Under the pieces are notes generated by a model. The model worked only from the letters and a program-made list of their open reading frames with translations. It was not told the origin of the DNA and searched no databases. A stretch of DNA of 64,000 bases from Coniocarpon cinnabarinum (Eukaryota). The stretch spans positions 1 through 64,000 of the forward strand of contig JAVECO010000005.1 of NCBI GenBank assembly GCA_051942205.1, written 5' to 3'. Positions 20,370 to 32,515 of this stretch are shown here, one piece after another. The translations under genes were made by a program, and so were the position numbers. The stretch's first letter is position 1. Each line of letters starts with the position of its first letter.

Positions 20370-22973
20370 ATGGCCTTGCCACTGAAAGCAGCAGTTCTAA
20401 TCATATCCGACACCGCGTCTCGAGATCCTTCCACAGATAGATGCACCGGTGAACTGGAAGCTGTGTTTCAGAATCATGAAGCTCATACGAGGTTCACACT
20501 TGCAGAAGTGAGTTGATTTAGCAGGAGCGTTGTAAGAGGCTTCTGGTTCGAACATGCTTCGACACGACATAACACAGGGTCGCTGTACCCTTTTCATGAT
20601 AGAAAAAAGGAGGGGGCGTGTTGTTTTGTGCAGTACACGAACATGTCATGCTAGACATCTACCAGCGAGCTAGACATTGCATGTTGAGAATTACGAGGGT
20701 TAGGGGAATAATATGTCTGAGAAGCTGACCACACCGCAGCGTCAAATAGTCCCCGATGATGTCCTTCGCATTCAAGGAGCAATCACGAGATGGGCAGACG
20801 ACAGACACGGCGCCGATGCTATAAATCTCATCGTATGCAGTGGAGGCACGGGCTTCGCTCGGAGAGATGTCACGCCAGAGACTGTGTCGCCACTGATACA
20901 TCGACACGCCCCTGGTCTAGTCCATCTGATGCTTTCATCCTCACTGAACGTCACTCCTTTTGCCGCAATGTCTCGCCCTGTGGCTGGCGTTCGACATTCG
21001 ACGCTTATATTGACACTTCCAGGCTCACCGAAGGGTGCCAAGGAGAACCTCGAGGCAGTTATCAGCCTGCTACCGCATGCATGTCAGCAAGCTGCTGGAC
21101 AGGACTCACGGCAAGCTCACATTGGAGGTACTGACAAGCTCGAGAAGGACGCTGGTCTTGATGCAAATTCTCACGTTCATGATCACTCTCATGGTCACGG
21201 TCATCATCATGGTCCTAAGTCCCATACGTCCAACGATCCTTCACGAGGCCCAGCTCAGCGTGCTCGACAGTCTCCGTTTGAGATTAAGTCGACATCTGAA
21301 GCGCTGAGACTTGTAGCCGATCATACACCACCCCCCTTTCTCGGATACAGATCCGTTGGTCAGTCACTTCTCGCGCACGTGCTGGCTTCCGATGTGAAAG
21401 CTGAAGAGTCCGTTCCTGCCTTTCGCGCTTCGATCGTCGATGGCTATGCCGTCAAGTGCAACTCTACGAAAGCCAATAACCACAAGGGAACGTTCCCTGT
21501 TGCATTCGCCGCGCATGCTGAAGCCGGCAAAGAACGTGAGTTGAAGAATGGCGAGATCGCGCGCATCACGACTGGCGCACCGTTGCCCAATGGCGCTGAT
21601 GCTGTCGTCATGGTCGAAGACACCAAAGTTGCGTCAACCAAAATTGTTCCAATGCTGTCAGGATCTGAAGAAGTGCAGGAAGAAGATGAGGTAGAGATTC
21701 TGACCGACGCAGTACAAAAGGGCGAGAACATTCGTGAGCCAGGTTCCGATGTCAAGCAAGGCGACGTGATTCTACGATCAGGCGAAATCATCTCCGCTCT
21801 CGGTGGCGAGTTTGGTCTCCTCGCCTCCTGTGGCGTACGGAGGGTGAATTTCATCGAAAAGCCTATTGTAGGCGTGCTCAGCACTGGTGACGAGATCATG
21901 CCATATGACCACGCTGGACCGTTAAAACCAGGCGAGGTCCGGGATACAAACCGTCCTACGCTGCTCTCCGCGATAGCTGCGCAAGGCTTCGAAGCGGTAG
22001 ACCTGGGTATTGCCAAAGATAAGCCTCATGAGCTCGAGTCAACATTGCGCTCAGCACTCTTCCGGTGCGACGTCTTAATCACATCTGGTGGCGTTTCAAT
22101 GGGTGAGCTGGATCTCCTGAAGCCGACCATTGAATGTAGTCTCGGTGGGACCATTCACTTCGGTCGCGTGGGCATGAAGCCGGGCAAGCCAACAACGTTT
22201 GCGACCATTCCGTCAAGCAGCATCAAGGATCCGCATAGTGGCGAGCGATTCTTCGCTGTATACAAGGATAAGATGATGTTCAGTCTCCCTGGAAATCCAG
22301 CCAGCGCCGTTGTCACATTTTTGATTTTTGTGTTGCCAGCACTGCATATCATGAGTGGCATGAAGCACCCTGGATTACCAGCTGTCTCTGTTCAAGCCGC
22401 TGAAGAGTTTCAATGTGATCGGCAGCGGGAGGAATATGTTAGAGTAAGTTATGATAGCGATTTGGTTGAATCCTTTCATCTTATATCGCGGCTTGGTCTC
22501 AGCGGTGTCAGAGCATTGCAGCTCGCAGAAACTCCCAGACTGCTTCTTGCAAGCTCTGCCCTGAAATAGCAAGACCACCTTCTCTTTGTCTCCATCAAAT
22601 ACCAGGAAGCGGCTCTTCCTTTGCTAAGCGAGCCACAACCACATTCACTGGCCGTCCGTTCTTGCTCAAACTTAGCTAACAGTCATGTCAGGCGTTTGTT
22701 GCTCCAGATCAGTCCGAACCACGTACCCTAAAAGCCATCAGCACGGGCGGGCAGCGAAGCAGCCGCATTGGAAGCTTCCGAAATGCAAATGCGCTTGTTC
22801 GGTGAGTCTGCTCAAAGCGAGCCTCTCCATGAGGGGCATCTCAAACGTTTCAGGACCAGTCTTGCTGACCAAAAAACAGCCTGAAGGCCGGTGGCGGAAC
22901 TGTCAAGAAAGGCGAGTGGGTAGACGCCTTAATGATGGGATCCATTGGTCCAACGAGCCACTTCTCGCCGTAG
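20370..22973 (+). CDS. cnxE: Gephyrin-like molybdenum cofactor biosynthesis protein (MogA+MoeA fusion), 4 exons
   Basis: G-domain SGGTGFARRDVTPE and LPGSPKGAKENL; His-rich linker; E-domain ASIVDGYAV, STGDE, TSGGVSMGELD, MKPGKP, LPGNPAS and STGGQRSSRIGS. Introns at 20508-20739, 22444-22691 and 22802-22879. Confidence 0.93.
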
Positions 22974-23027
22974 TCTTCCATACGTCAAGTGCATTGTTAG
23001 CAGGACCGTTTCAGGCTTGGGAATATT

Positions 23028-23750
23028 TCACCCAGCCTCGCTTCCACTCTCTCCATCTTCATCTCCGTCCATAACATTGCCAACATCCCCCATCTCCACA
23101 TCTGCCTCGCTCTCTTCTTCTCGATCTCTGCCCACCGCCACATCACCCCGTCCCATCCCCAACGCATCCTGCAACTCCCTCACACCTTCCTGACCACTTC
23201 CCTTCTCCACCCCCTCGATCGCGCTCTCCATTCCCTTGATCCGCCCCAACATTGCCCGATTCCTTCCCATCACCGCCTCCAACGCCTTTTTAATCGTGCC
23301 ACTCACCCTCACAACCCTCATCACCACCTCCCTCTTCCCACCACCACCGCTTTGCATTCCAGCTCCAGGTTTCGGAGTCATCACACCCGGCATCGTCGAA
23401 ATGAAGGAAATGGCGCACCAAATGAGTCTTGCCATCTCGCGTCGACACCGTAAGACAAACGTGCTGGTGGCGTTGCTCCAGTAGATCATTTTAAGACCTT
23501 CGCCGCCGGCGAGGGCGCTGCCGTAGTCGCCGAAAAGGGTGTAGAGGTGGGAGCGGATGAGGCGGATGAGGGTGCGGACGTCGACTTGGTCGGTGGTTGG
23601 GGCGTGGAGATTCGTTATGTTTGACGGGGGTACTGATTGCTTTGGAAGGATGGAGAGTGCAGGAGGGGCCTGTGGCGGTTTGGTAGTCGTGGGGAGGAGT
23701 GTGGGCGAGAGTATTTGGACTGCTAGGTAACGGTATTTGATACGGACCAT
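23028..23750 (-). CDS. POP5: RNase P/MRP subunit Pop5
   Basis: MVRIKYRYL, LFGDYG, YWSNATST and VVRVSGTIKKA. Confidence 0.9.
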   Translation of the reverse strand: MVRIKYRYLAVQILSPTLLPTTTKPPQAPPALSILPKQSVPPSNITNLHAPTTDQVDVRTLIRLIRSHLYTLFGDYGSALAGGEGLKMIYWSNATSTFVLRCRREMARLIWCAISFISTMPGVMTPKPGAGMQSGGGGKREVVMRVVRVSGTIKKALEAVMGRNRAMLGRIKGMESAIEGVEKGSGQEGVRELQDALGMGRGDVAVGRDREEESEADVEMGDVGNVMDGDEDGESGSEAG

Positions 23751-24307
23751 TGTGGTTGGGTTGGTGATGTTTTAGTGGAATAGGTGGGATTCAATGCAGG
23801 TTCATTGAAGTGGCCGGGCGGGTATGATTATATGCTGGTGTCGCTAAAGTATGGGCTTGCTCATGCTAAGAAGAATGGATTCAACCTCCACACAACATCG
23901 ACCATGATCTGGTTCGCGACTTTGTACTGACGTTGTGCTTCGTCTAGCGGGGCATGCGATTAGATCTCCAAATCAATTTCCATTCCTTTCGTACTAGTAT
24001 TTTTACGTGTGTTCGGAAGCCTGCAAAGCCTTTCCGCGAAATAACAATTGATTTTCAGTACGATATCAATTTCTGAAACCCATCGCGGAGCTCGCGAGTC
24101 AACAGAGAGAGGAAGCATAATAACGCCTGACAACTAAGGCATAAAACATCTAATTTCGAACGATAAATCTGCCCGTATCAGTTTCCCAGGCGCTTTCATG
24201 AGCAGCGCAAACATGAGTCGCAGGAAAAAAGAGTAATCGTTCCGACTAATTATCTGTACAATCAATGAAAATTCTTTTGCATCCACGAACCATTCAATCA
24301 CATACAC

Positions 24308-25719
24308 TCATAAACGGTATTCATCTGAGGGCCGATCTCCTGATGAGATTCCAGGAGATGTCTGACTCGTCCGACCTGGATTTTGTAGCGATGCATCAGC
24401 GTCTCCATCTCCTTCGTTGACCTCCCTTAAGGTGTCTCCTCGTAACGTTGAAGTCCGGACACCGCTGTCAGAGCTAGGATGGAAATCACCTTCACTCGCC
24501 CTCGGGTCGAGCGAAGAGCGAGACATGGAATGCATCTCGTAACGGCCAGATCTACGGTTAATTGTCATGTATGACTGAGAATTGATGGACTCGGCGCCGT
24601 CAATCTCAGCCCTTCCGTACGGTCCTCCCGTAAAGCTTGCAGACGAAGCGTCATACATCGAAAATGTCTTCTTGTCTGCCAACGAGAATGTGCGGCCGTC
24701 AATGAGGGACAGCGTCCGCCCATCGGGGTTCAAGGTAAAGACACCGAAGTCGTCATCCGCGGGAGGCTGTTGAACTACCTCGCCCGAGTATTCGCCCTCT
24801 CCGTGCGCCTCTGGTGGTACGTAGAATCGCCTATCCACTCGCACGGCGGCGTAAGCGATCACCACGACAAGCTCGACAAGGAAATCGAAGCAGTAGAAGC
24901 AAGCCTTGCTAAAATACCATGGTGTTGGTGCACGTGCAGGAGTCGGGGCAAGGAAGGTGGTCCCACAGCGGAACCCCGCTCCCAGCGTTAGCACTGACGA
25001 GGAAAGTAGTAGGACGCCAATCTTGGTTCTGAAGCGACCTGAGCCAAACTTGTCGATGTAAGTTCGCCGCGGAATCAGCAGCATGACCGCAACAATGGGA
25101 ATCGGCAGGAACGCGACGAAGGTAAAGTAGGTCAAAACAGCCTTTTGGATGTCCGTATCGATCCGGTGGGTGTTGGGGTTAAGCGTGTAGAACGACTGGA
25201 CTACAACAACTATGACCATAATAATCCCCAAGATGGTCAGCCCGACGAAAATACCAGGTATAAAGACTTTGAACGGAGCGTGCCAGCCGATGTGTGGATG
25301 ACGAGCTCGCATCAATCGCTGAGTGAAAAAAAGGTTGATAATGAAGAGAATGACGGTGCCCGCCGCAACAAAGATCTGAGTTGCTATGGCCAGCTTAATA
25401 TTCTGTTGGTGATATGCCCAGCCGAGTCGAAGAGAAGTGGAAATGACGCGAATGGTGCAAAATGCTGCTCTGATTAGCGCATCACCATGTCAAGGTTTGC
25501 TGATGTTGAATGCTCACCAAACATCGCGGCTGAGAACACGAACTTGTGCTCCTTCTTCTTATTGCCGACAAAGAGTCGCATATGCATGAGACCGGTAAAG
25601 AGGAAGAGGACGAGGAACACAGCTGTCACTGGCGCATCTGGTATGGGGGACGGTGGTGTGCCGAGACTCTGTGTCATAGGAGGGTAAGGTGGTCCCATGC
25701 GTGCAATGGCTGCTTGCAT
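24308..25719 (-). CDS. DUF3112/RTA1-like multi-pass membrane protein, 2 exons
   Basis: Exon 1 ...KFVFSAAMF; exon 2 has several TM helices plus DKFGSGRFRTK, PWYFSKACFYCFDF and RVDRRFYVP. Confidence 0.75.
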
Positions 25720-28283
25720 TGCCGCCTGCTGTTGTCGCGCAGCCTGCTGCGCCGCAGCTTGTGAGGACTATGAGATGTTAGCAGAACGTCAGGCGGGAGT
25801 CTCTAAAAGGGTATGAGCACTTACGGCCGCCGCAGCAGCGAGCGCACCTGTATTGCTTGCAACACTGCTTTGGGCGGACGACATGATGAGGTGTGTTTAG
25901 GCCGCCCGGGCCAGTTACTATTAAGAATCTGCAATGGGTTTTGTGGAATCCACGAGGTTTACAGAGGCGCTGCAAAAGAAAGAGAAGAAACGCGAAAGAG
26001 CAATTGGGTCATTGGACATTTCTCTTCAGTTCCGATGGAGAGCCGTCAGAACAGGAGGGACGAGCGTGCGGCGGCCACAGCCAAACCGGTGTACCTGCTA
26101 AGTCTATACAGCACGTGCATTTTGGGTCGAGGCTTGATGAAGAGGGCCTATCGTCAGCACCGCCCCAGTGCCTCAACATCATCGTTGGGCGTAGACCCCT
26201 CAGCATCATTGGCAACAAGCAATGTCGCAGAGCAGCATTGACGAAGGAGACACTTCAGACTGACAAGGTATAAGCTTGTACGAAACGAGACTAGCGTGTG
26301 ATCTTTCGTCGGGATCTGCAACGAAACGTCCGTCGTCTGGACTTTTGCTCAGCTTGCACGATGCTGTCATACAGCAGATCTACGTCATGGCCAGCGACAT
26401 CGAGATTGAACAGTCAGACGAACCCTGTGCACTAGATTGGGATTCTTGGTGTTTCGCTCTTTCAAAGCATCCCCTTGAAAGAGCGGAGCAGGCTCTCAGG
26501 TATGAACTTGTGAAGTCGAAAGTCGAAATGATCGCCCACTGCCAGCTATTCGTCTGATGTGCATGGTCTAGGCAGAGCGCACGTCTGCCACAAGCCAATG
26601 GCTGCGGAGGAAGTTCTCAATGCAACGACATTGCTAAAGACCAAGTAAAGCAAGTTCCTCAGTGCTCGCAACGATTTATCGGAGGTGATGGCTTTGTTGG
26701 GGCTGAAAGGGAAATACCCGCACTTCCTCCACCAATCAAGAGGGCTCCTGTCAACGTTGACTGCAAGAAGCCACCAAAACGCAGGCGTAGGATGCTGAGC
26801 CTATTTGATGGAGAGACAGCGGGATCAGTTTGTGGGGAACCATCAACGTCGGATACGAGAGATGCGTGTTGTGCCGAAAGCACGCCTGGAAACATCAATG
26901 AAGATACTGCTGTGGCTGGGACGGATCCAAATTGTGGCGAAGTCATCTCGGGTGTCTCGTCGATCAATGGCAAGCATACGCTCTATGGCCTAAGTGATAA
27001 CGAGTCAGTCACAAGTGAGGCGGAACCGGCAGCCATTGATCATGGACCAAAAAGTTAGACAGCCAGTGAAAGTCATCGTGCACTACATTTCGTTCCTGCG
27101 CAGGTACAACGCCGGCGTTTCGTGACAACTGATGATTGCATCCAGAGACAGCGGGAGACTGGACTTGTCGCTCAAGATCTATCGGCTGTGGACAACCCTA
27201 TTATAGAAACATCGCTGTCTGTGCATCCTCCATTTCGTCCACGTCGGAAGTACTATACAGCTCAATGCCTAATTACTCGACATCATTGAGAGGTTATCTT
27301 AAACGTCCTGCCCTTGATGACACCCATCTAAACTTGCCGCTCGGAACATCTTCGTCTGGATGGAGTGGATCTAAGGAGGATCACCACCCTCTATGCTTCA
27401 ACAGGATCTGGAAAATTCGCGGTGCGCTACCATGGCTCATCCTTACAATTACCTATTTCACGTTGCTTGACGTGACGTGGTGCTTTCTGAAAGAAGAGGA
27501 AGCCTCGAAGGGCGACAGTTGGCCACTATACAACGCAGCTTCCACATCGACAGATGTACCAGTGAACACGTAGCACTTAGATCACTATAACTATCAGTAC
27601 TTTAGAGGGTGCTGTTCTCATTGCTTACATCTGAAGTATACTAAACGTTCATAAGGTGACAGCCGGTCTCCGTCATTATGACCAATTTCAAAACAACGCT
27701 AAGCCCCGACCCAAAACCAGTGAGACGCAATACACCACCCTTCAAGGGAAGGACCAAATCGATATCGGCGGGAACGAAAGCTCTTAGGCATTATCCTGCA
27801 GCATATCAGACCATGCTTGATTAATGGTCGTCCGTCACAGCGTAGATCAGAGCCAGAAAAACCACCTCAGTACAGAAAGCAGGCTGTCCTCGTTCAGAGA
27901 AGCTGGTGGTGGAACATGCTGAGAAAAGACTGTGAAGAAGCCGGAGAGGCATCGTTCTTCAATTATAGGCCAGACTTGCGGGAATAGAATAGCTCACTGC
28001 ATGTTTCTGTATGCTTTCCAATGAGGCTGATACATTAGAACACCATGTCGACGTAAGAGATCAAAATTTTACTCGATTGCCTGCACTTCTTCAGTCCACA
28101 ATATTTGCCTCATTTGATGGGGCTAGCGGAGCAAAAAGCTGTCCACAGTGTTGTCCTGCAGGAATGCGAGCCACTAGAACTCGTTCTGCCACTACAGCTA
28201 TGCTCGAGTGCTCCTATATATTGGGAAGTCATCTGCGGTATTTCATCAGCCTCCTGAAAGCAGGATCAGATTAGTCCACGACG

Positions 28284-28952
28284 ATGAACTTACTGCTCTC
28301 GATCTTTCGTCGCAAGCGTCAGCCACATCAAAATCAGCCTGCTGAGCGAGCTGAACCGCCTGAGCGACCTTTACCAGCGCTGCCACTAGACATTGTAGAA
28401 AGGATTCTAACGTGCTACCTGCATGCTGAGTTGCTTCGACACTCACAAATAACCAATCATAGACGTTGCGTCACCATCACGCGACAGCCCCTTGTCTGGA
28501 CTGGTCGAGGCCAAAGTACCAATCATCTGAGCATAAAGTGCATTTTCGCAGTTGCGCTCGTGAACAAGAAATTCTTGAGACGAGTAAGGGACATAATGGA
28601 GCCGCATCTCGAGCGCTTGAAACACCACACCTTGGAATTTGCGAAGAGAGAAGAAGAGTATAAGAGATGGACTCGCGAGGAGGATGCAGAGGGGAATGGG
28701 TCGATGGGGTCGTGGATCTATTTTTATGTCCATGAGTGGAGGGCTTTCTCAAAGCTGACAGCAGGGTTGGATTGCCTGGCACACGTGGCGAGGAGGCTAC
28801 CAGTGCCTGAACCCGCGAATGAGCCTGTTCAAGGCCCCAGCCAGCAGGAGAGGCAAGAGCATGGACATTATTCAGGCCAAGAACAGAGACGCGAGTCACC
28901 TCGTCAGGAGGAGCGTCAGCTAAGTCATCGAGTCGGACATCACCCCACCTAG
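28284..28952 (+). CDS. Orphan protein with an F-box-like N-terminal motif
   Basis: 222-aa ATG ORF containing LPALPLDIVERIL; similar to the ORF at 32516. Confidence 0.6.
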   Translation: MNLLLSIFRRKRQPHQNQPAERAEPPERPLPALPLDIVERILTCYLHAELLRHSQITNHRRCVTITRQPLVWTGRGQSTNHLSIKCIFAVALVNKKFLRRVRDIMEPHLERLKHHTLEFAKREEEYKRWTREEDAEGNGSMGSWIYFYVHEWRAFSKLTAGLDCLAHVARRLPVPEPANEPVQGPSQQERQEHGHYSGQEQRRESPRQEERQLSHRVGHHPT

Positions 28953-30359
28953 AGGCAGCAGCCGCACGAGACACGACCTCATCCGCGGCAGGACCTCGTA
29001 GAATTGCCACCCAACGCACAGCTGGCGTCACTCGGAGAAAGACATTGATCTCAGAACACTGCGATGAACCTAGCTACTCATGGCGTTGGAAGACAATCAA
29101 GGTGAAGACCTTTGATAGTTCCCTAGACGCGGTCAGGCGACCATGAACTCAGTGAGCAAGCCCCACGTCTGCCATGCAGAATAGCTTGACGCTGATTAGT
29201 GGCTTCGCAGCCCAGACAGTCGCTCCAGACAACAGGTGTCACTTCCCAAGACTGCCTGAGTGCGAGCGAACGGCCAACATTGTCTGGTGTGTCAAAAGTC
29301 ATCACAGACTACCTGTTGAAGCAAATAGATTCTCGGAACATCTCCGGCCAGATATGTCGAGGCCACCTAGTCCAATCGCGTGGAGTTGAACGACGAGCAC
29401 CAAGCATCCTCCCTTTGAATATTTTATCAAAGTTTTCGATGTTTAAATACTAGCGAGCACTTGAGAGATTGTTTTCACAGCCACGCATAGCTTTCGAGAG
29501 CACCGTTTCCAACCATGCATGGGCATAGGCCATCACTTCTCAAATCACTTTGAACAGTCACCGAGCTTGCACCCGAACAAAAGTGACTAACGTGGAGTAG
29601 AAATGACCTGCCTGCCATGCAAGAGCATATGACGTCGCCTAGCGGGCGTCTCGTGGCCAGCACGAACTGTTCAAGCGAGCTCGGCAACTTAGCGAAGCTT
29701 CTTAGGTTCAGGACCACCGCGAAGTAAAGCCTTCTAGGGTGTTCTTTATACAGCAAGAGTCAAGATGGCCTTTACAAGCGAGTACAGTAAGTATTGATGA
29801 ACAAGCTGTCTCGGCCTGGGTTGCTTGAAGCAGAACTCGCCGCTTACGATAGACTATATTATTCAAATGCATCTCGGTCGATGTAGCGCAACCTTATACT
29901 CTGGTGCTGCTGCTTTCCCGCAAGATGCAATAACATATCTCACTGTGGTAAACCGCGCATTTCGGCTTGTTCAGCTGTAGTTGACTCGCACATGCCGCCA
30001 TTACTACAGCTTTATTATCCGTCCTGGTAGAGCAATATGTGGCCATCAGGATCCGGCTGGAAGATTGGTCGTGTCATATGACTACATGTTCTAGCAAAAC
30101 CTGCACTCTTCTCAGTCACTTATAAAAAACCAATTTTGCATGGATTGAGTGCTTGACCGTGCCATCTCATATGGGTTCACAGTTCGCATTATTCAAAAGG
30201 AGCGAATAGAGCATTTCTCGACTGGTTGCGTCTTGTTACCGACCGTCTATACTTGTTCAAGCGAGTTTTTAAGCTGTCAAGAAATATTGAGTCAGTAAGA
30301 GCATGGTTCGAGACTTGATTGATTTCACGCAGCAGAGTACGTGATGTCCTTCTCTTGAT

Positions 30360-30923
30360 ATGGAGGCCTCAATTACTGAGACTGCTGCAGCGCCTGGATG
30401 GACCAGCGCCACACATACCAATCTCATCTACGGCTTTTTCATCAGTGCACTCACCATGCCAACAGCGCTACGCTGCTACGTCTTACTTCGCCGGGACTTT
30501 CACATCATAAGGAAAGTATACAAACGCGAAGCAAACGCACAACAATTAGAACGCGCAAAGAAGATTGCCCAGAAACGACCCATCGCTGTGTCCTGGACTG
30601 CGTACTGGCAAAGGAGGAAGGGCAAACTGGACGAGTACAGACAGTTGAAAGAGCTCATGAAGGACGCGGGCGTGGATACGAAAACAGAACAAGACATCGA
30701 GGCTGCCCATGTCAACTACCCATATCACGTTCTACCTTTCACGGGGTGGACTAGGCCTGCGAAGATCCAGGCTCGAGCGCCGACGCTGGAGTCAGCGGAG
30801 CAACTTGATCCTGAGACCTTGCGCAGTCTGCGTTGTGACGAGGACCCGAACGCTCCGTCAGTGAACAACGTATCCGATTGGAAGCGCATAGAAAATCATG
30901 CAAAGCACGGCTATTACGGATAG
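30360..30923 (+). CDS. Hypothetical protein with one hydrophobic segment
   Basis: 187-aa ATG ORF of natural composition; no recognised family. Confidence 0.55.
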   Translation: MEASITETAAAPGWTSATHTNLIYGFFISALTMPTALRCYVLLRRDFHIIRKVYKREANAQQLERAKKIAQKRPIAVSWTAYWQRRKGKLDEYRQLKELMKDAGVDTKTEQDIEAAHVNYPYHVLPFTGWTRPAKIQARAPTLESAEQLDPETLRSLRCDEDPNAPSVNNVSDWKRIENHAKHGYYG

Positions 30924-31624
30924 CGGACGCAGCTGTTTATGTGAGTGCTGAATCCGCAGTTCTTGCCATGCCCTGACCCGGTGGCGGTAACTGGTGCATA
31001 CAAAAGGTTGATGAAAGGGACCTTGCAAACATCTGGCTCGATTCCTTGAACTGTGGCTAAAATGCTTGCCCATGCTGACATCCAACTACCAGATCGTGAA
31101 TCGTTTCTGAGCCGGCTACGATGGAAGCGCGGCCGACGTGGCCCCTTGCTGCGTCACTTCGCGAGCCGCACAGCTTCTGCCGCACTTGAATCCACTAATC
31201 GCCTGCTCTAGTTTAACAACGTGATCGTTAGCATTCACTCCGGTTTCTTTTCCTTGCTGCTCATCAACTTTTTCACCCGCCCTTTCACGAGTCCATCCCC
31301 AGCAATGACGGTAAGAAAAGCTTTGCGACGGATAATATCCAATCACGTCGTCTATTTGGACCACGGGCGGCCGCGCATCTTGTGTTTGATCAAGCCAGTC
31401 TTGATGTTCGTGCAAAGAACAGCTGTCTATAGGTAGCGCAGTATGGGCAGTACAAGAACAATCATCAGAACGTAGAGTCACCTTTTGACGACATGCATAT
31501 TGCTCCATCCACCTCGTCCTCATAACATTACTATACTTGTCTTTGCCAGCCAGTACTGACCCATTGCACATCCATTCCATTTGTACTACTACGTTGTTCC
31601 CAGCTTAAGCAAAACTGCGCAATC

Positions 31625-31942
31625 ATGTCTAAGCAAGAACGTCCCCAAGACGACGGCGCATCCCACCACACCGACACGACCGTAAGCACAGCCTCCGACC
31701 CCTCCAGCAGCTCAGAAGTCTGGGACCGCTACCGACCAGCGAACACTCGTACTACGGAAACACCAAAGACCTCGGCAGGGGGCAATCAGACAACAAGTAA
31801 GCAGCAGACGACCACGGATTCAAAGCCGAAGGCCTGGCATTTCTGGAAGGCGGGATGGTGGGCGCGCGTGACGGGGAGGGAGTCGAGTATGGCTACCGCC
31901 GAAAAGGCTGAGAAGGCGAGGAGTACCGCTGCTAAAACCTAA
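31625..31942 (+). CDS. Small hypothetical Ser/Thr-rich protein
   Basis: 105-aa ORF with a good start context (CAATCATGTCT) and a Trp-rich stretch KAWHFWKAGWWARV. Confidence 0.5.
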   Translation: MSKQERPQDDGASHHTDTTVSTASDPSSSSEVWDRYRPANTRTTETPKTSAGGNQTTSKQQTTTDSKPKAWHFWKAGWWARVTGRESSMATAEKAEKARSTAAKT

Positions 31943-32515
31943 GGGCGTGAATGGCTTTTGTGCACGTGCATGTATGGTGGTGGTATGGCGAGCGTTCATG
32001 CGAGAGAAGAACATGAGACTGGCTTTTTGGCTTTTTGGCTTTGTGACCGTGAGCGAGAGCGTGTACACCCAATCCTAATCTCTGTAGTGACAGAATGCAG
32101 CGGTCTCAGGATGCTCGTTTGGCATTGGCTAGAGTCATAGTTCCCAGGAAGTTTTGATACAATCAGGACCATGTGAGGGTCTCGGAACGCCGGACACAAG
32201 AATCTGGAGAATACTGCGATTACGGCATTTGTGTTCTCGCCAAGGTACGATTGGTGATTAGTAGGACAGCAGTGAGTAGTTCATAGCTTTGGGGAAGGTA
32301 CACGTCCTTGACGTGACTGTGCTCGAACTGGTTCATATTTTACCTGGTGTGCCGCTGCCACGTAGACATCGACGAGAAATCAGCGTCTGAAAAGGTATTT
32401 CGATGGTGTGCATCAGGCAGTCTGTTAAGTTGCTGCGCGAATACCTTTAGATCCAGAGACCCACGTGCCACTAATCACTCGCGCCACCAGCACCACCCTC
32501 GGTACAGCACTATAC

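Noticed and set aside
20520..20560. GGTTCGAA T-loop-like word suggesting a tRNA
   Set aside because: No cloverleaf arms could be built around it.
21172..21225. His-rich linker in CnxE
   Set aside because: His-rich G/E linkers are typical of fungal CnxE proteins; not novel.
25780..27600. Short ORFs on both strands upstream of the DUF3112 gene
   Set aside because: No coherent gene model or recognisable motif; left unannotated.
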